Virus record (IMG/VR): IMGVR_UViG_3300021964_000015
Strand: one strand, 5' to 3'
DNA length: 64,000 nt
Origin: a virus
Shown here: one piece after another, positions 45,113-55,097 of the stretch
How the letters are laid out: every line of letters begins with the position of its first letter
Numbering within the stretch: the stretch's first letter is position 1
Position numbers and translations under genes: made by a program
Notes under the pieces: generated by a model
The model's database searches: none
Seen by the model: only the letters and a program-made list of their open reading frames with translations
What the model was told of the DNA's origin: nothing

Positions 45113-45395
45113 ATAGCAGGTATACGACGTGAGTGCAACGCTTTTTTGCAGGGTATACCCTCTATCTATCTTTATATACAGAAATGTGACACTTTAGAAG
45201 TGAAATGTCACATGCAACGACACTTTGCTCAGAAGTGTCACATGCCCTCCCCCAGGTATCGTTGGGACTTAGGTTGATACCGACACTTTACTTTTGAAGT
45301 GTCACATTTTTACCTATAAAGATAGATAGGCGGTATACCCTGCACAAACAAGCAGGTATACGACGCCAACTGCATGGGATAGCAGGTATACCCTG
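45113..45395. repeat. candidate replication origin: 63-bp inverted repeat with nested iteron-like motifs
   Basis: arms 45147-45209 and 45282-45344; 3x gacacttt-N-aaRtgtcaca; 5x ggtatac, three of them as agcaggtatac. Confidence 0.75.
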
Positions 45396-45417
45396 TTCCT
45401 TTACGTCATATACCCAC

Positions 45418-45444
45418 AAAAAAGCCCCTGCCGAAGCAGAGGCC
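45418..45444 (-). terminator. intrinsic terminator with UUCG loop
   Basis: minus strand gcctctgc-TTCG-gcaggggc-TTTTTT after the GT4 gene. Confidence 0.85.
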
Positions 45445-45464
45445 TGGTACCCACAGTCACCGGA

Positions 45465-46742
45465 TTACTTTACTGCTCCTACCGCTTCACGACGGTTTCC
45501 TTTGCTTTTCTTACGTTTCCGACCGGTGTTCTTGGCCTCCAGTGAGACAGCATGATCCACCTGGTTCAACACGTCCTCAAATACGCCACCAAACTGAGAT
45601 GCCACCGTATCCCAGTGGAATTGGGGATCCGTTACCCGTGTGTAGCAGTCATCAGCGACACGTTGGCGGCGGTCAGGGGAGTGGTACAGATCGTTCAGGA
45701 TCTCTGTTAGGTGCTCAGAGGAGGGGCAGGGCATCTCACGGCTGTAGTTGGTATCTACATCAACGTGGTCGCAACGGATCAGCTCACCGCAGCCCTCAAA
45801 GATTTCTTTGCAAGAGGTGTGGTTCGGCACCACCTGGGGCACACGACAGGCAGCGTGTTCAAAGTTGACAAGACCCCAGCCTTCTCCTTTGCAGGTGTTG
45901 ACGCCCACATCAACAGCGTTGTAGATGACGTTGAGCATTTCAAAAGGTACGTTCGGCGGCTGGTCCCCCTGGCTGGTCATGACCAAACGATTGTTGGGAT
46001 CCAGGCCCACCTTGGCCATTTCCTTGGCGAAGGTATTCATAATTTCCCAGCCCTGATCTTTCATGCCCATGTGCAGGTAGAGCTGTGCTTCTGGTTTATC
46101 TACGGCAAACTGAGCAAATGCCTGGATCGTAATGTCAATGCGTTTACGGAACTGATTACGGTTGCCATTAAAAACAATGAATGACTCTGGCTTCAACCCC
46201 AGTTGCTTACGGCATTCTTGTTTATCCATGGGATAGAACTGCCCTGGTGTGACACCATGCGGAATGACGGCAATGGGCTTGGTGATACCACCTTTTACAA
46301 ATTCGTATGCACCAAATTCTGTGTAGGAAACAATTGCATCCCAGTTGTTGGCAGTATCTGCAATACAACCAGTCCAACCATAAGAATCCATGGGCGCATA
46401 ACCCACGAATTTAAATTTCTTTTGTTGGTGCAGGTCTTGAATTTGACGGTATTGCTCATTAATGATCCACATGTCATTAATGCTAAATACCACGTCAGGT
46501 TCTTCTCGTTCAACGATTTCCCTGATGCGTTGCTCACCGAAAGGAGCAGTTTGGAATCGATTTGACGAAGGATACATTTTGAAATCGTTCTGTTGATCAC
46601 ATGGATCACCCCACCAGTTATTGCCTAGTACAACGATTTCAAAGTGATCCTTAAGGCGGTAGATTACATTTTCAGTTACACGGGCAAAACCCGTCATTGC
46701 AACAACGTCGCCACACCAAAGCACCTTAGGTTTTGTAGCCAT
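45465..46742 (-). CDS. GT-B (family 4-like) glycosyltransferase
   Basis: TGFARV, IPHGV, NRNQFRKRID, GEGWGLVNFEHAAC (EX7E). Confidence 0.9.
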   Translation of the reverse strand: MATKPKVLWCGDVVAMTGFARVTENVIYRLKDHFEIVVLGNNWWGDPCDQQNDFKMYPSSNRFQTAPFGEQRIREIVEREEPDVVFSINDMWIINEQYRQIQDLHQQKKFKFVGYAPMDSYGWTGCIADTANNWDAIVSYTEFGAYEFVKGGITKPIAVIPHGVTPGQFYPMDKQECRKQLGLKPESFIVFNGNRNQFRKRIDITIQAFAQFAVDKPEAQLYLHMGMKDQGWEIMNTFAKEMAKVGLDPNNRLVMTSQGDQPPNVPFEMLNVIYNAVDVGVNTCKGEGWGLVNFEHAACRVPQVVPNHTSCKEIFEGCGELIRCDHVDVDTNYSREMPCPSSEHLTEILNDLYHSPDRRQRVADDCYTRVTDPQFHWDTVASQFGGVFEDVLNQVDHAVSLEAKNTGRKRKKSKGNRREAVGAVK

Positions 46743-46790
46743 TAAGATTTAATTCTCTTTGGCTACTATACATAATTAATAGATGAGATG

Positions 46791-49406
46791 TTATTCGTCT
46801 TTAGTATTGTTACCCGAAGGGTTCATACCATAAAGCTCAAAGTACTTTTCGGGATTAGCTGATACCTCAACAACAGAAGGGTAGTGCTCATACTTGGTTG
46901 GATTTGAGTCACGGAGTGCAGCATTAATCACCTTGATGCCACGCCCTTCGTTTTTACCAAAGATATTGAGCTTCAGCTGGTGCTTACAGATATCAAAGAA
47001 GAGTACTTCAAAGCGGCTGCGTCCCACAAAACCTACATTACAACTCCTGCAAAACTCGGCATAACTCGGGTACATCCACCTGGTGTGCTTGTCATAGAAG
47101 TTACTACCACCTTGTCCTGCTTTACAGGTACCGATAACTGCAGCAACACCTGGATCAAATACCACATGCTTATCCATCCAGTCAAGAAGTGGGTTGGAAC
47201 GAAGGCTTTGTTCCTTTTCATATTTCTGGAAGAAGTCAACGTGCTTTGCGGTTTCCATTAAGTAGGAACGCATTTCATCTTCTGACATATCCAGTACCCA
47301 GTTAACGAGTCCTGGCAGAAGAGCAGCAAACATTCCTTGTGGATTGCCTTTGCTATCGAACTTAATTAGTTCCTTTTGTTCAGCTTGTGTACCTTCAAAT
47401 GGTCGATCGAATGGGATTGTAAGGCGCCGACGCGCCAAACCAGATGTGTAATCAGTGGATTGAATGGCTTCATTGGCAGTAATAACTACCATGCCTTGGT
47501 ATTGAAAAGGATCTAGTGCTTCGCCCTGATACTTACGTTCGCTACGAATCCAGTCATTACCAGTGATTGCTTTCAGCTTGGAGACAGAACCACCCCAACG
47601 ATCAGCATCCTGGAATAGGAGTAGTTTTTTACCCATATAAGCAGCTGCTTCAAAGCGATTCTTCTCCATGTTTTCAAAATCAGTGGAGTAGGTATTGCTT
47701 TTACCAACGAGTGCTACTGCAAGATTTGCGTAGGTTGATTTACCAGATTTACCAGGACCAACGATTTCAAGAAACTTTTGGATTTCAGAGCGCCCCAGGA
47801 GGGTTGCTCGTAACCATGCACGCAATACTTGTGCGCGATGCCAGGAACCATGTTGCGTGTGCTTCAACCATTTAATGATTGGTTCACAGGTTGCATGCTC
47901 ATCGTATTGATAGGGCATCTGTTGGGTCAGGTAAAGCTCCCTGTTGAATGGCAGTAGCTTCTTTGATTCAACGTCAAGGACACCATTTGTAAATAGAAGG
48001 TGATCAGTACCTTCATACCAATCGTTAAAAGGAAGTAACGCCTGGAGCTGTTTATAGACATCTTCAATTAGCCGTTGATTGAAGCCGCGGGGCAACCACT
48101 CGGTATGAGTAAGGATGTGTAATTTCTCACGGATAGAACCATAAGTTTCAATTTTGGTTTGTTTCTCCCATACACCCCTGGTAATGTCATAGGCAAAGAA
48201 CTGGTTGTGCGGTTGACTGAAGAGCAAATTTCCGCTATACATACCAAGCACTTCATCGGTGATTTTGTTCGATGGTTGATTGTGCTGCTGCTTTTCTTTT
48301 GATTTCTGTTTCTTATCAGACTTGTTTACCGGCTGAGGCGCCTGGCTTTGAGTTTGTGAACCTAAGTTTTCCTGCGCAAGAATTTCCATGTGAATATAAG
48401 AATCCTCTTCAATTTGAGGAAGTAGTTTTTCCGAATCAGCTAGTGTCTCATCATCGACACTCAGCGCCTTATGGTCCTGAGGAGGAGTCCAACCATTCTC
48501 ACTAGCGATGTGAATAAGGGAACCGAGGCCACGGCCTGCACCTTTAGTAAAGGACAGCCAGCGTTTATGGCATTCGCCTTCCCTGTATTTATCTGATTGT
48601 TTGGACCATTCATCCCAAACGTCAAGAAGGCTTTCATCCAAGTTATGAAGCACTTGTCCAACAGTGATCCAGATGTCGTAATCATCTGCTGCCCCTGGGG
48701 CCATACCCCAAGTTGCTTCAATAGCTTGTTTGATATTGCGTTCTAATGAGATATGCGTTTGGACAACGAAATTACTACCAACCATTCGGCTGGTTTCCTG
48801 TGCCGGTTTCCCTAGCTTGGCATTTTTGGTGATGATGCCGTTCAGGATCCAGTCCGGTAGTTCAGGCAGTTTATCTGCCCATTCAAAACCCAAGCCATCA
48901 GCTGTGAAGTAACCTTCAGTTTCTGGGTGCAAACCCATTAACACGCCCTGGTGTTTCTTCCACAAGATTTCAAGACGTTCCTTGTTTTCTTGTGCGTGCC
49001 AGGTGTATTTGTTGCGCAGGAAGTGCTTGTGTTTGTTGCGATCTAGTTTGTATAGCCTGCGTTCTCTGCCCACTTTACCGCTGAGGATGGTAAGGGTGGG
49101 AGGCAATGCATCTTGTAATGGAATATTGCTGATTTCTTCGATGAGTTGATAAACGCTAGGTCCATCAACATCAACCCAGACCAAGCCAAAAGGATGGTTA
49201 TAGGCAGGGCCGCCAAGTACGCCAATTGCTTTACATTCTCCCGTTGTGAGTTCTTTTTCAATTTCGTCTACGCTAAACGGAGTTTTCTGCCAACCCTGGA
49301 TGTAAGGATCTTTATTTGCCCCAAGGGGGGTGAGAGGCCAATCGATAGGGATGTAGTCGAGACGAATTTCTCCTGCTTTAAGAGATTTGTAATTCGTGCT
49401 CGTCAT
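46791..49406 (-). CDS. primase-helicase (Prim-Pol + PriCT-2 + D5-like SF3 helicase)
   Basis: VDVDG prim-pol, DYDIWITVG...WDEWS...KY...C...W.SF PriCT-2, FTNGVLD D5_N, Walker A GPGKSGKST. Confidence 0.93.
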   Translation of the reverse strand: MTSTNYKSLKAGEIRLDYIPIDWPLTPLGANKDPYIQGWQKTPFSVDEIEKELTTGECKAIGVLGGPAYNHPFGLVWVDVDGPSVYQLIEEISNIPLQDALPPTLTILSGKVGRERRLYKLDRNKHKHFLRNKYTWHAQENKERLEILWKKHQGVLMGLHPETEGYFTADGLGFEWADKLPELPDWILNGIITKNAKLGKPAQETSRMVGSNFVVQTHISLERNIKQAIEATWGMAPGAADDYDIWITVGQVLHNLDESLLDVWDEWSKQSDKYREGECHKRWLSFTKGAGRGLGSLIHIASENGWTPPQDHKALSVDDETLADSEKLLPQIEEDSYIHMEILAQENLGSQTQSQAPQPVNKSDKKQKSKEKQQHNQPSNKITDEVLGMYSGNLLFSQPHNQFFAYDITRGVWEKQTKIETYGSIREKLHILTHTEWLPRGFNQRLIEDVYKQLQALLPFNDWYEGTDHLLFTNGVLDVESKKLLPFNRELYLTQQMPYQYDEHATCEPIIKWLKHTQHGSWHRAQVLRAWLRATLLGRSEIQKFLEIVGPGKSGKSTYANLAVALVGKSNTYSTDFENMEKNRFEAAAYMGKKLLLFQDADRWGGSVSKLKAITGNDWIRSERKYQGEALDPFQYQGMVVITANEAIQSTDYTSGLARRRLTIPFDRPFEGTQAEQKELIKFDSKGNPQGMFAALLPGLVNWVLDMSEDEMRSYLMETAKHVDFFQKYEKEQSLRSNPLLDWMDKHVVFDPGVAAVIGTCKAGQGGSNFYDKHTRWMYPSYAEFCRSCNVGFVGRSRFEVLFFDICKHQLKLNIFGKNEGRGIKVINAALRDSNPTKYEHYPSVVEVSANPEKYFELYGMNPSGNNTKDE

Positions 49407-49587
49407 GTGCCTTGGTGGGTGTGAGTTCTACTCTAAAGTGTTTATGTGGAAATGCGCCTTCCTTTAGGATTGTGTAGGCATGTAGATGCATGAGGGTGGG
49501 CAGATAAAAAGAGTCCCCATCCATCGCATCTTGCATGCGACTCATGAGACTATTCATCCACTCACCCATGCCGACATAGATGTCCAT
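49378..49587 (-). CDS. hypothetical protein
   Basis: 69-aa ORF overlapping the primase start. Confidence 0.6.
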   Translation of the reverse strand: MDIYVGMGEWMNSLMSRMQDAMDGDSFYLPTLMHLHAYTILKEGAFPHKHFRVELTPTKAHDEHELQIS

Positions 49588-49661
49588 GGGGAGCGCCTGG
49601 TTTGTGTTCTTTTATCCTACGTGCACCAAATCACATGAGCGCCAATGTTAATTTAAAATAA

Positions 49662-49841
49662 TCAAGACTTATTGGACTCAGTTTCTTTATATTTATTACG
49701 TTTATCTGTTGCTTCCATTTCTTTCATCATCTTTTCGTATAGCAGAACGGCATCTTCCTTGGTGACAACAGCACGTTCACATGCGATCGTCCAAGCCAGA
49801 CGCTTGCGTGCTTCCATGGGAGTGTGGGGGTTGTAGGCCAT
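49662..49841 (-). CDS. 59-aa hypothetical protein (not in ORF track)
   Basis: MAYNPHTPMEARKRLAWTIACERAVVTKEDAVLLYEKMM... Confidence 0.55.
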   Translation of the reverse strand: MAYNPHTPMEARKRLAWTIACERAVVTKEDAVLLYEKMMKEMEATDKRNKYKETESNKS

Positions 49842-50088
49842 CAGTATACCAAGGTGCAGTAAGTTGGATCATCCCACCAAGTTTTTGAGACTCACCGGTC
49901 TGTAGTTCAGAATCAATTGGGTGTTCTTTGTAGATTGGTTGATTAGCTTTCTCTAGTTCTAGTTCAGCTTGAATCCTATTGTTAATTTCAATGGTATCAA
50001 GCGTTGCTTTTAGCTTTGCTTCAAACCATGTTTTATGCCACCATTTAATAATGGCTTTAACAATATCTTTAAATAAGGTCAGGATCAT
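49777..50088 (-). CDS. hypothetical protein
   Basis: 103-aa ORF coupled to the exonuclease. Confidence 0.6.
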   Translation of the reverse strand: MILTLFKDIVKAIIKWWHKTWFEAKLKATLDTIEINNRIQAELELEKANQPIYKEHPIDSELQTGESQKLGGMIQLTAPWYTDGLQPPHSHGSTQASGLDDRM

Positions 50089-50905
50089 ATACGTTACAGT
50101 TTTCTACCTGTGTGTAGTATTCTTCTACAATTTTGTACCAATCTTGGTGCAGCATATCCAAGAAACGTCTAGATATTTTAAAGATCTGGGTACGCGCTGG
50201 AGTTGATACCAGGATTGCAGCCTGTTGCACTTTAATGTTTAGCGTTTGCTGAATAGCAATATCATATGCAGCAAGTTGTTTACATGTTTTTTTAAATTTC
50301 ATATGACCACCCAACAGATCTCTCCACTCCTGGGAACCTTTTTCTACATCTTTAGGCCACTTACGGCTGTAAGGTTTGACGCTGGTCTTTAGGTCAGCAA
50401 GAGTTAACTTATTATTAGCAACAGCGATAATGTCAGGAGCACCAGCCCAAGCCCTGCCTTCGTCATCACAACCCCAGACACGAGCGACATCATCAGCACC
50501 AATAGTGAAATCAAACTTATCCAGAACAGGAGACTCAGCCCAAAGAACCTCCTGGAACTGATCCAGAATCGGTGGCATACCCGACCAAAAATCAGCGTAT
50601 TCTTCTTTAATGTCCGGGGTTTTATTACCTTTGAGGTACTGTTCCATGCCGTAGTGAATGGCAGTACCACGCTCTGCAGCAGCTTCTTTAACACCTGGAT
50701 TAGCTTTAGACCACATTTCAAGCTTCCGTTTGTTTGCTTCGGAAGCTGTTTCGCTAATGATAGTAGTTACAGACGGCGCAGGTCCAGTAGGTAACGGTGT
50801 AACGTAATGTCTACGTCCTTTTATTGCTATCCTGGCAGGACCTTTATTCAATTCCGTTAGGGTTTGGGACCATTGTTTTTTGGATTCTTCCCAAATGCAG
50901 GTCAT
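50069..50905 (-). CDS. PD-(D/E)XK exonuclease
   Basis: PSVTTII, RGTAIH, AGAPD...ADLKTS, QLAAY. Confidence 0.88.
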   Translation of the reverse strand: MTCIWEESKKQWSQTLTELNKGPARIAIKGRRHYVTPLPTGPAPSVTTIISETASEANKRKLEMWSKANPGVKEAAAERGTAIHYGMEQYLKGNKTPDIKEEYADFWSGMPPILDQFQEVLWAESPVLDKFDFTIGADDVARVWGCDDEGRAWAGAPDIIAVANNKLTLADLKTSVKPYSRKWPKDVEKGSQEWRDLLGGHMKFKKTCKQLAAYDIAIQQTLNIKVQQAAILVSTPARTQIFKISRRFLDMLHQDWYKIVEEYYTQVENCNVYDPDLI

Positions 50906-50939
50906 TACGGCCTAGTGTATTGATTTTATTCTATCAAAA

Positions 50940-51464
50940 ATGAAAACCAAAAAGCCTTTGATTTCCTACGAAAAAGCATTTTATTATTTCCAAGAATGTT
51001 CCAGTTCAAAAAGCGGACTCGTTTGGAAAAATCCAACTTCTTTGCGATTTAAGCCAGGCGATCCGGCTGGTTCTTTAAAACCTCATGGTTATTGGGTAGT
51101 TCGCATAAACAAGAAAGATTATTACGTACACAGAATATTGTATTTGCTTAGAAATAAAAAAGACCCAGGTAATTTTGAAGTCGATCACACCATTAATGAT
51201 GGTGATAAAAACAACAAAAAAGATTTAAGACTTGCCAATAGATCTCAAAATGCAGCAAATGGAAAAAAGAAAAAATATAAAACAGAGCCGCAAAGCAGAT
51301 GGAAAGGTGTGTATAAAAAACGAAACAAATGGGCCGCACAAGCATGGTTAAATAATAAAAAATATCATCTAGGCTGTTTTGATAAGGAAGAACAAGCAGC
51401 ATTGGCTTACAATGTTTTTGCGCAGAAACATTTTGGTGTTTATGCCGTTTTAAACATTATTTAA
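50940..51464 (+). mobile_element. HNH-AP2 homing endonuclease
   Basis: YVHRILY...EVDH...DLRLANRSQN; SRWKGV...WAAQ...HLGCF..EEQAALAYN. Confidence 0.9.
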
Positions 51465-51474
51465 CTCTTAAAAA

Positions 51475-52028
51475 ATGAAAGAGTTTTACTACGGAATTGC
51501 CGCAGTACTGGGCGCCATGTTGGTAGTGATCAGTATTGATGCGTACATTTTCTTTAGTGAGGTTGCCTCCCGGTGAAGGAGGAGAGCAGAGAAGAAAGGA
51601 TTCAGTGTGCGATGCAGCAATTGGCACTTATCTTGATGGGCAAACAAAGCAGGGCCGAATTAATTAAATCGGTAAAATACATTAAAGAAACCTTGCACTT
51701 CCTGCGATGAACAAGTTTTTCCTTGGTATACGGGGATACATCTCTTGTTTTAAGTGGGCCTTTTCTGCGCTATGGAGAGCTGCCTTTGATCAGTTCTTTA
51801 GTTTTGATCGTGACGTTAGGATTGCATTAGTGATTACATCTGTTTTATTTGGCGTGTGCTTTGGTTATGTCTTCTAACTTAACTAGGTTTTACTTTGATT
51901 TTGATGACGAACGACGAACTGGTTGCTTTAATAATTTGTCGTTTGAAGATGTAGAAACAATTGAAGCTGATGAGTACGAAGATCGTTTAAAATCTGATGA
52001 CATTCCGTACACACGTATTGATCTATGA
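51475..52028 (+). other. four coupled micro-ORFs of 33-56 aa (starts about 51475, 51573, 51707, 51868), two hydrophobic
   Basis: MKEFYYGIAAVLG..., MKEESREERIQ..., MNKFFLGIRG..., MSSNLTRFYFD..., with overlapping start/stop junctions. Confidence 0.55.
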
Positions 52029-52873
52029 AGAAGCAAAAGATTGTTGCCATCCTTTCCCTTTGGCGCAATAGTGCAAGTTATATTGAACGCTCACTTGCTC
52101 AGTTTGAAGCTCTAGAAAAAGAACTGAAAGAACATCAGATTGGCTGTGTGTATTCTTTTTTTGAAAATGATTCGGTAGATGACACGCCACAAATTCTGCT
52201 TTCGTGGCTCCGAGGCAGAAAGGGTTTGCTTACTAGTGAATGCATTGATGCACCAAAGTGGGGTAGTGTTGCATCGTTAGATCGTGTGACGTATCAAGCA
52301 CGGTATCGAAACCTTGCTTTGGCACCTTTAAACAATTACTACAACTACGATTATCTCCTTGTCGTTGATAGTGATGTTTATTGGGAGCCCAGGCTTATCA
52401 CGGAGATGGTTGAAAAGCTAGAAACAAATCGAAGCTGGGGAATGATTTCTCCTAATACAACGCAGAACGTACGTGATTACGTAGAAGATACTGATCGTCC
52501 CTCTTATTACGACAGCTGGTCACTCGTTGATTGTTTTGGCCAGCAATGCCTTACGTTCGCTGCAAATCCATTCCTCACCAAAGAAGATCGAGAAGCCTGG
52601 GACAACGGTGAGCCTGTTAGCTGCAACAGTGCGTTTGGTTCAATTGCATTGGTACGTGAAGATGCAATTAACGGAGAGGAGTACGCTGAGTGGGCAGTGA
52701 TTGATGGTGTTGAGCACTGGGAATTCTGCCGAGGGGTTCGCGCTAATGGCTATGAAGTAATTGCAGATCCTGATTTGAAAGCTGAAATTAAACACAAGGA
52801 GGAGGTATTACCCCACCCCCTTGTGATTGAAAATAATCAACGTCGTCTAGCGGAAGCATGCGCTAAGTCGTAA
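52025..52873 (+). CDS. GT-A glycosyltransferase (CAP59/Anp1-like)
   Basis: FENDSVDDT, ARYRNLAL, VDSDV (DxD), YDSWS, SAFGS, VEHWEF. Confidence 0.8.
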   Translation: MKKQKIVAILSLWRNSASYIERSLAQFEALEKELKEHQIGCVYSFFENDSVDDTPQILLSWLRGRKGLLTSECIDAPKWGSVASLDRVTYQARYRNLALAPLNNYYNYDYLLVVDSDVYWEPRLITEMVEKLETNRSWGMISPNTTQNVRDYVEDTDRPSYYDSWSLVDCFGQQCLTFAANPFLTKEDREAWDNGEPVSCNSAFGSIALVREDAINGEEYAEWAVIDGVEHWEFCRGVRANGYEVIADPDLKAEIKHKEEVLPHPLVIENNQRRLAEACAKS

Positions 52874-53874
52874 GCAATCATTTCTTGAATGAGTTGTTCT
52901 AGGGTGGATTGAATTTTCCATCCTAGTTTTTCTTTTGCGTAAGTTGAATCACCAAGTAGAGAATCTACTTCTGCTGGTCGATAGTACTCAGGATTAATTC
53001 TGATTACGACTTGATCCATCTTTTTGCAGTAACCAACCTCACCCAAGCCTTCACCTTCCCAGGTAATTGGAAGACCTGCGGTTTCAAATGCAATTTCACA
53101 GAACTGCCTAACACTTGTTTGCTTACCCGTTGAAATCACATAGTCATCAGCCTGGTCCTGCTGGAGCATGAGATACATTGCTTCTACGTAATCCCGTGCA
53201 TGCCCCCAATCCCTCTTGGAATCAAGGTTACCTAGTTCAACGTACTCTTGTTTACCGTTCCAGATTCTCCCAATTGCTTTGGTGATTTTACGTGTTACGA
53301 ACTCTTCACCACGCAGGGGAGATTCATGGTTGAAGAGGATGCCATTACATCCGAAAAGGTCGTAGCTTTCACGATAGTTAATTGTTAGCCAGTAACCAAA
53401 AAGCTTGGCAACACCATATGGACTCCTGGGATAGAAGGGAGTTGATTCGGTTTGCGGTACTTGTTGGACTTTACCAAACATCTCAGACGTAGCCGCCTGA
53501 TAGAACTTTGGTTTTGCATTTGCATTACGACATGCTTCTAGGATATTGAGTACACCAATTGCATTTGTGTAGGAGGTACTGCCAGGCGATTTAAAGCTAA
53601 CGCCTACATGGCTTTGGGCAGCAAGGTTGTATACCTCATCAGGAGCAAAGTTATTTACGGCACGATGCACCGAGGTTGCATCGGTCATATCAGAGAACTC
53701 AAATGAGACTTCAGGTGGGATGTAATCATGGAAGATCCAATTCAGCTTATCTTTATTACCGGAGTTTGCATTGTTGCGGACAAGGCCAAGCACTTGGTAC
53801 CCCTTGTCGATTAGGTTACGTGTGAGGTAGGCACCATCTTGGCCAGTAATTCCTGTAATCAGTGCTTTTTTCAT
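52837..53874 (-). CDS. gmd: GDP-mannose 4,6-dehydratase
   Basis: ALITGITGQDGAYL, YNLAAQSHV, PFYPRSPYGVAK, NHESPLRGEEFVTRKI, RDWGHARDYV. Confidence 0.97.
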   Translation of the reverse strand: MKKALITGITGQDGAYLTRNLIDKGYQVLGLVRNNANSGNKDKLNWIFHDYIPPEVSFEFSDMTDATSVHRAVNNFAPDEVYNLAAQSHVGVSFKSPGSTSYTNAIGVLNILEACRNANAKPKFYQAATSEMFGKVQQVPQTESTPFYPRSPYGVAKLFGYWLTINYRESYDLFGCNGILFNHESPLRGEEFVTRKITKAIGRIWNGKQEYVELGNLDSKRDWGHARDYVEAMYLMLQQDQADDYVISTGKQTSVRQFCEIAFETAGLPITWEGEGLGEVGYCKKMDQVVIRINPEYYRPAEVDSLLGDSTYAKEKLGWKIQSTLEQLIQEMIAYDLAHASARRR

Positions 53875-53924
53875 CGGAACTTTTGTTTATACTCGTAACT
53901 ATAACCAAGATTTAAGCGTTAGAA

Positions 53925-55097
53925 ATGTCGAAATTTGATTGGCCACTACAAAAGAATGCCATTGGTTTCTCTGAGAAGTTTGAGCTAATCAAATTTATTT
54001 TGACCAATGATCGTTTTACGAATGGTCCCAGGTGCCGTGCGTTTGAAACCGAGTGGTCAAAGTGGCAAGGTCGTAAGTATTCCCTCTTCGTTAGCAGTGG
54101 TACGACAGCAAATACACTGCTACTGGATGCAGTAAGGGAATTGTATTTTTCAAAGGAAAAGAAGTTAAAGATTTTTTGCCCTGCTGTGAATTGGGCAACA
54201 AACATCTCAACGTTTAAACAACAAGGGCACGATTTATTTTTCTACGACATTGAGTATGGATCCTACTCTCCTACCTTTGAATCGTTAAAGCGCTTCAAAG
54301 AAGTAGGCATTACACCAGATGTGGTGTATGTAACGCATATCATGGGGTTTGCAAATGAATTGCAACAAATTAAGGAGTATTGGCCCGATGCAATTTTCCT
54401 TGAGGATTGCTGTGAATCCCATGGAGCAGTCGATACAGAAGGCGTGAAGGTTGGTAATAAAGGCCTGGGCTCTACCTTTTCTTTTTACTTTGGACACCAT
54501 ATGACCACTATTGAAGGTGGCATGGTGTGTACAAACAATAAAGATTTGTATAACCTAATGCGTGCAAAACGATCTCATGGTATGTCACGTGAGATGGACA
54601 AAGAAGAACGCCTTAAGTACGAAGCAGAAAACATTGATATTGATCCAGCTTTCTTGTTTCCAACCGAAGGTTATAACTTCCGCAATAACGAACTTGGCGC
54701 TGTATTGGGCAGTGTGCAGCTAAAAAAACTAGATGACTTTATCCGAAAACGTCAAGATAATTATTACGATTTTTACATGGCAATGGTTGATCACCCCTGG
54801 ATCAAACATTTACCAAACCCTTATGGGAACAGCGCAATGACATTACCTTTTCATTGTGATACCGCTAGTCATCGCAATGAGTTGATCAGAGTACTGCGTG
54901 CCCTGGGCGTAGAGACCCGTCCATTTCTTGTTGGTAACTTACTACGTCAGCCCTTCATGAAGGACTACAAAAAAACACCTTACTTACCTAATAGTGAGGA
55001 AATCCACACAAATGCTTTCTACATTGGCAACAACCATTTTATAACTAAAGAGAACGTATTTGACCTGTCAAAGGAGTTGTACAAATGCGCTGCTTGA
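53925..55097 (+). CDS. ColD-like PLP-dependent 3-dehydratase (DegT/DnrJ family)
   Basis: SSGTTAN, EDCCESHGA, SFYFGHHMTTIEGG with His at the Schiff-base Lys position. Confidence 0.85.
   Translation: MSKFDWPLQKNAIGFSEKFELIKFILTNDRFTNGPRCRAFETEWSKWQGRKYSLFVSSGTTANTLLLDAVRELYFSKEKKLKIFCPAVNWATNISTFKQQGHDLFFYDIEYGSYSPTFESLKRFKEVGITPDVVYVTHIMGFANELQQIKEYWPDAIFLEDCCESHGAVDTEGVKVGNKGLGSTFSFYFGHHMTTIEGGMVCTNNKDLYNLMRAKRSHGMSREMDKEERLKYEAENIDIDPAFLFPTEGYNFRNNELGAVLGSVQLKKLDDFIRKRQDNYYDFYMAMVDHPWIKHLPNPYGNSAMTLPFHCDTASHRNELIRVLRALGVETRPFLVGNLLRQPFMKDYKKTPYLPNSEEIHTNAFYIGNNHFITKENVFDLSKELYKCAA

Noticed and set aside
53925-55097. Perosamine synthase (aminotransferase)
   Set aside because: Active-site Lys position is His (GHHMTT), typical of 3-dehydratases
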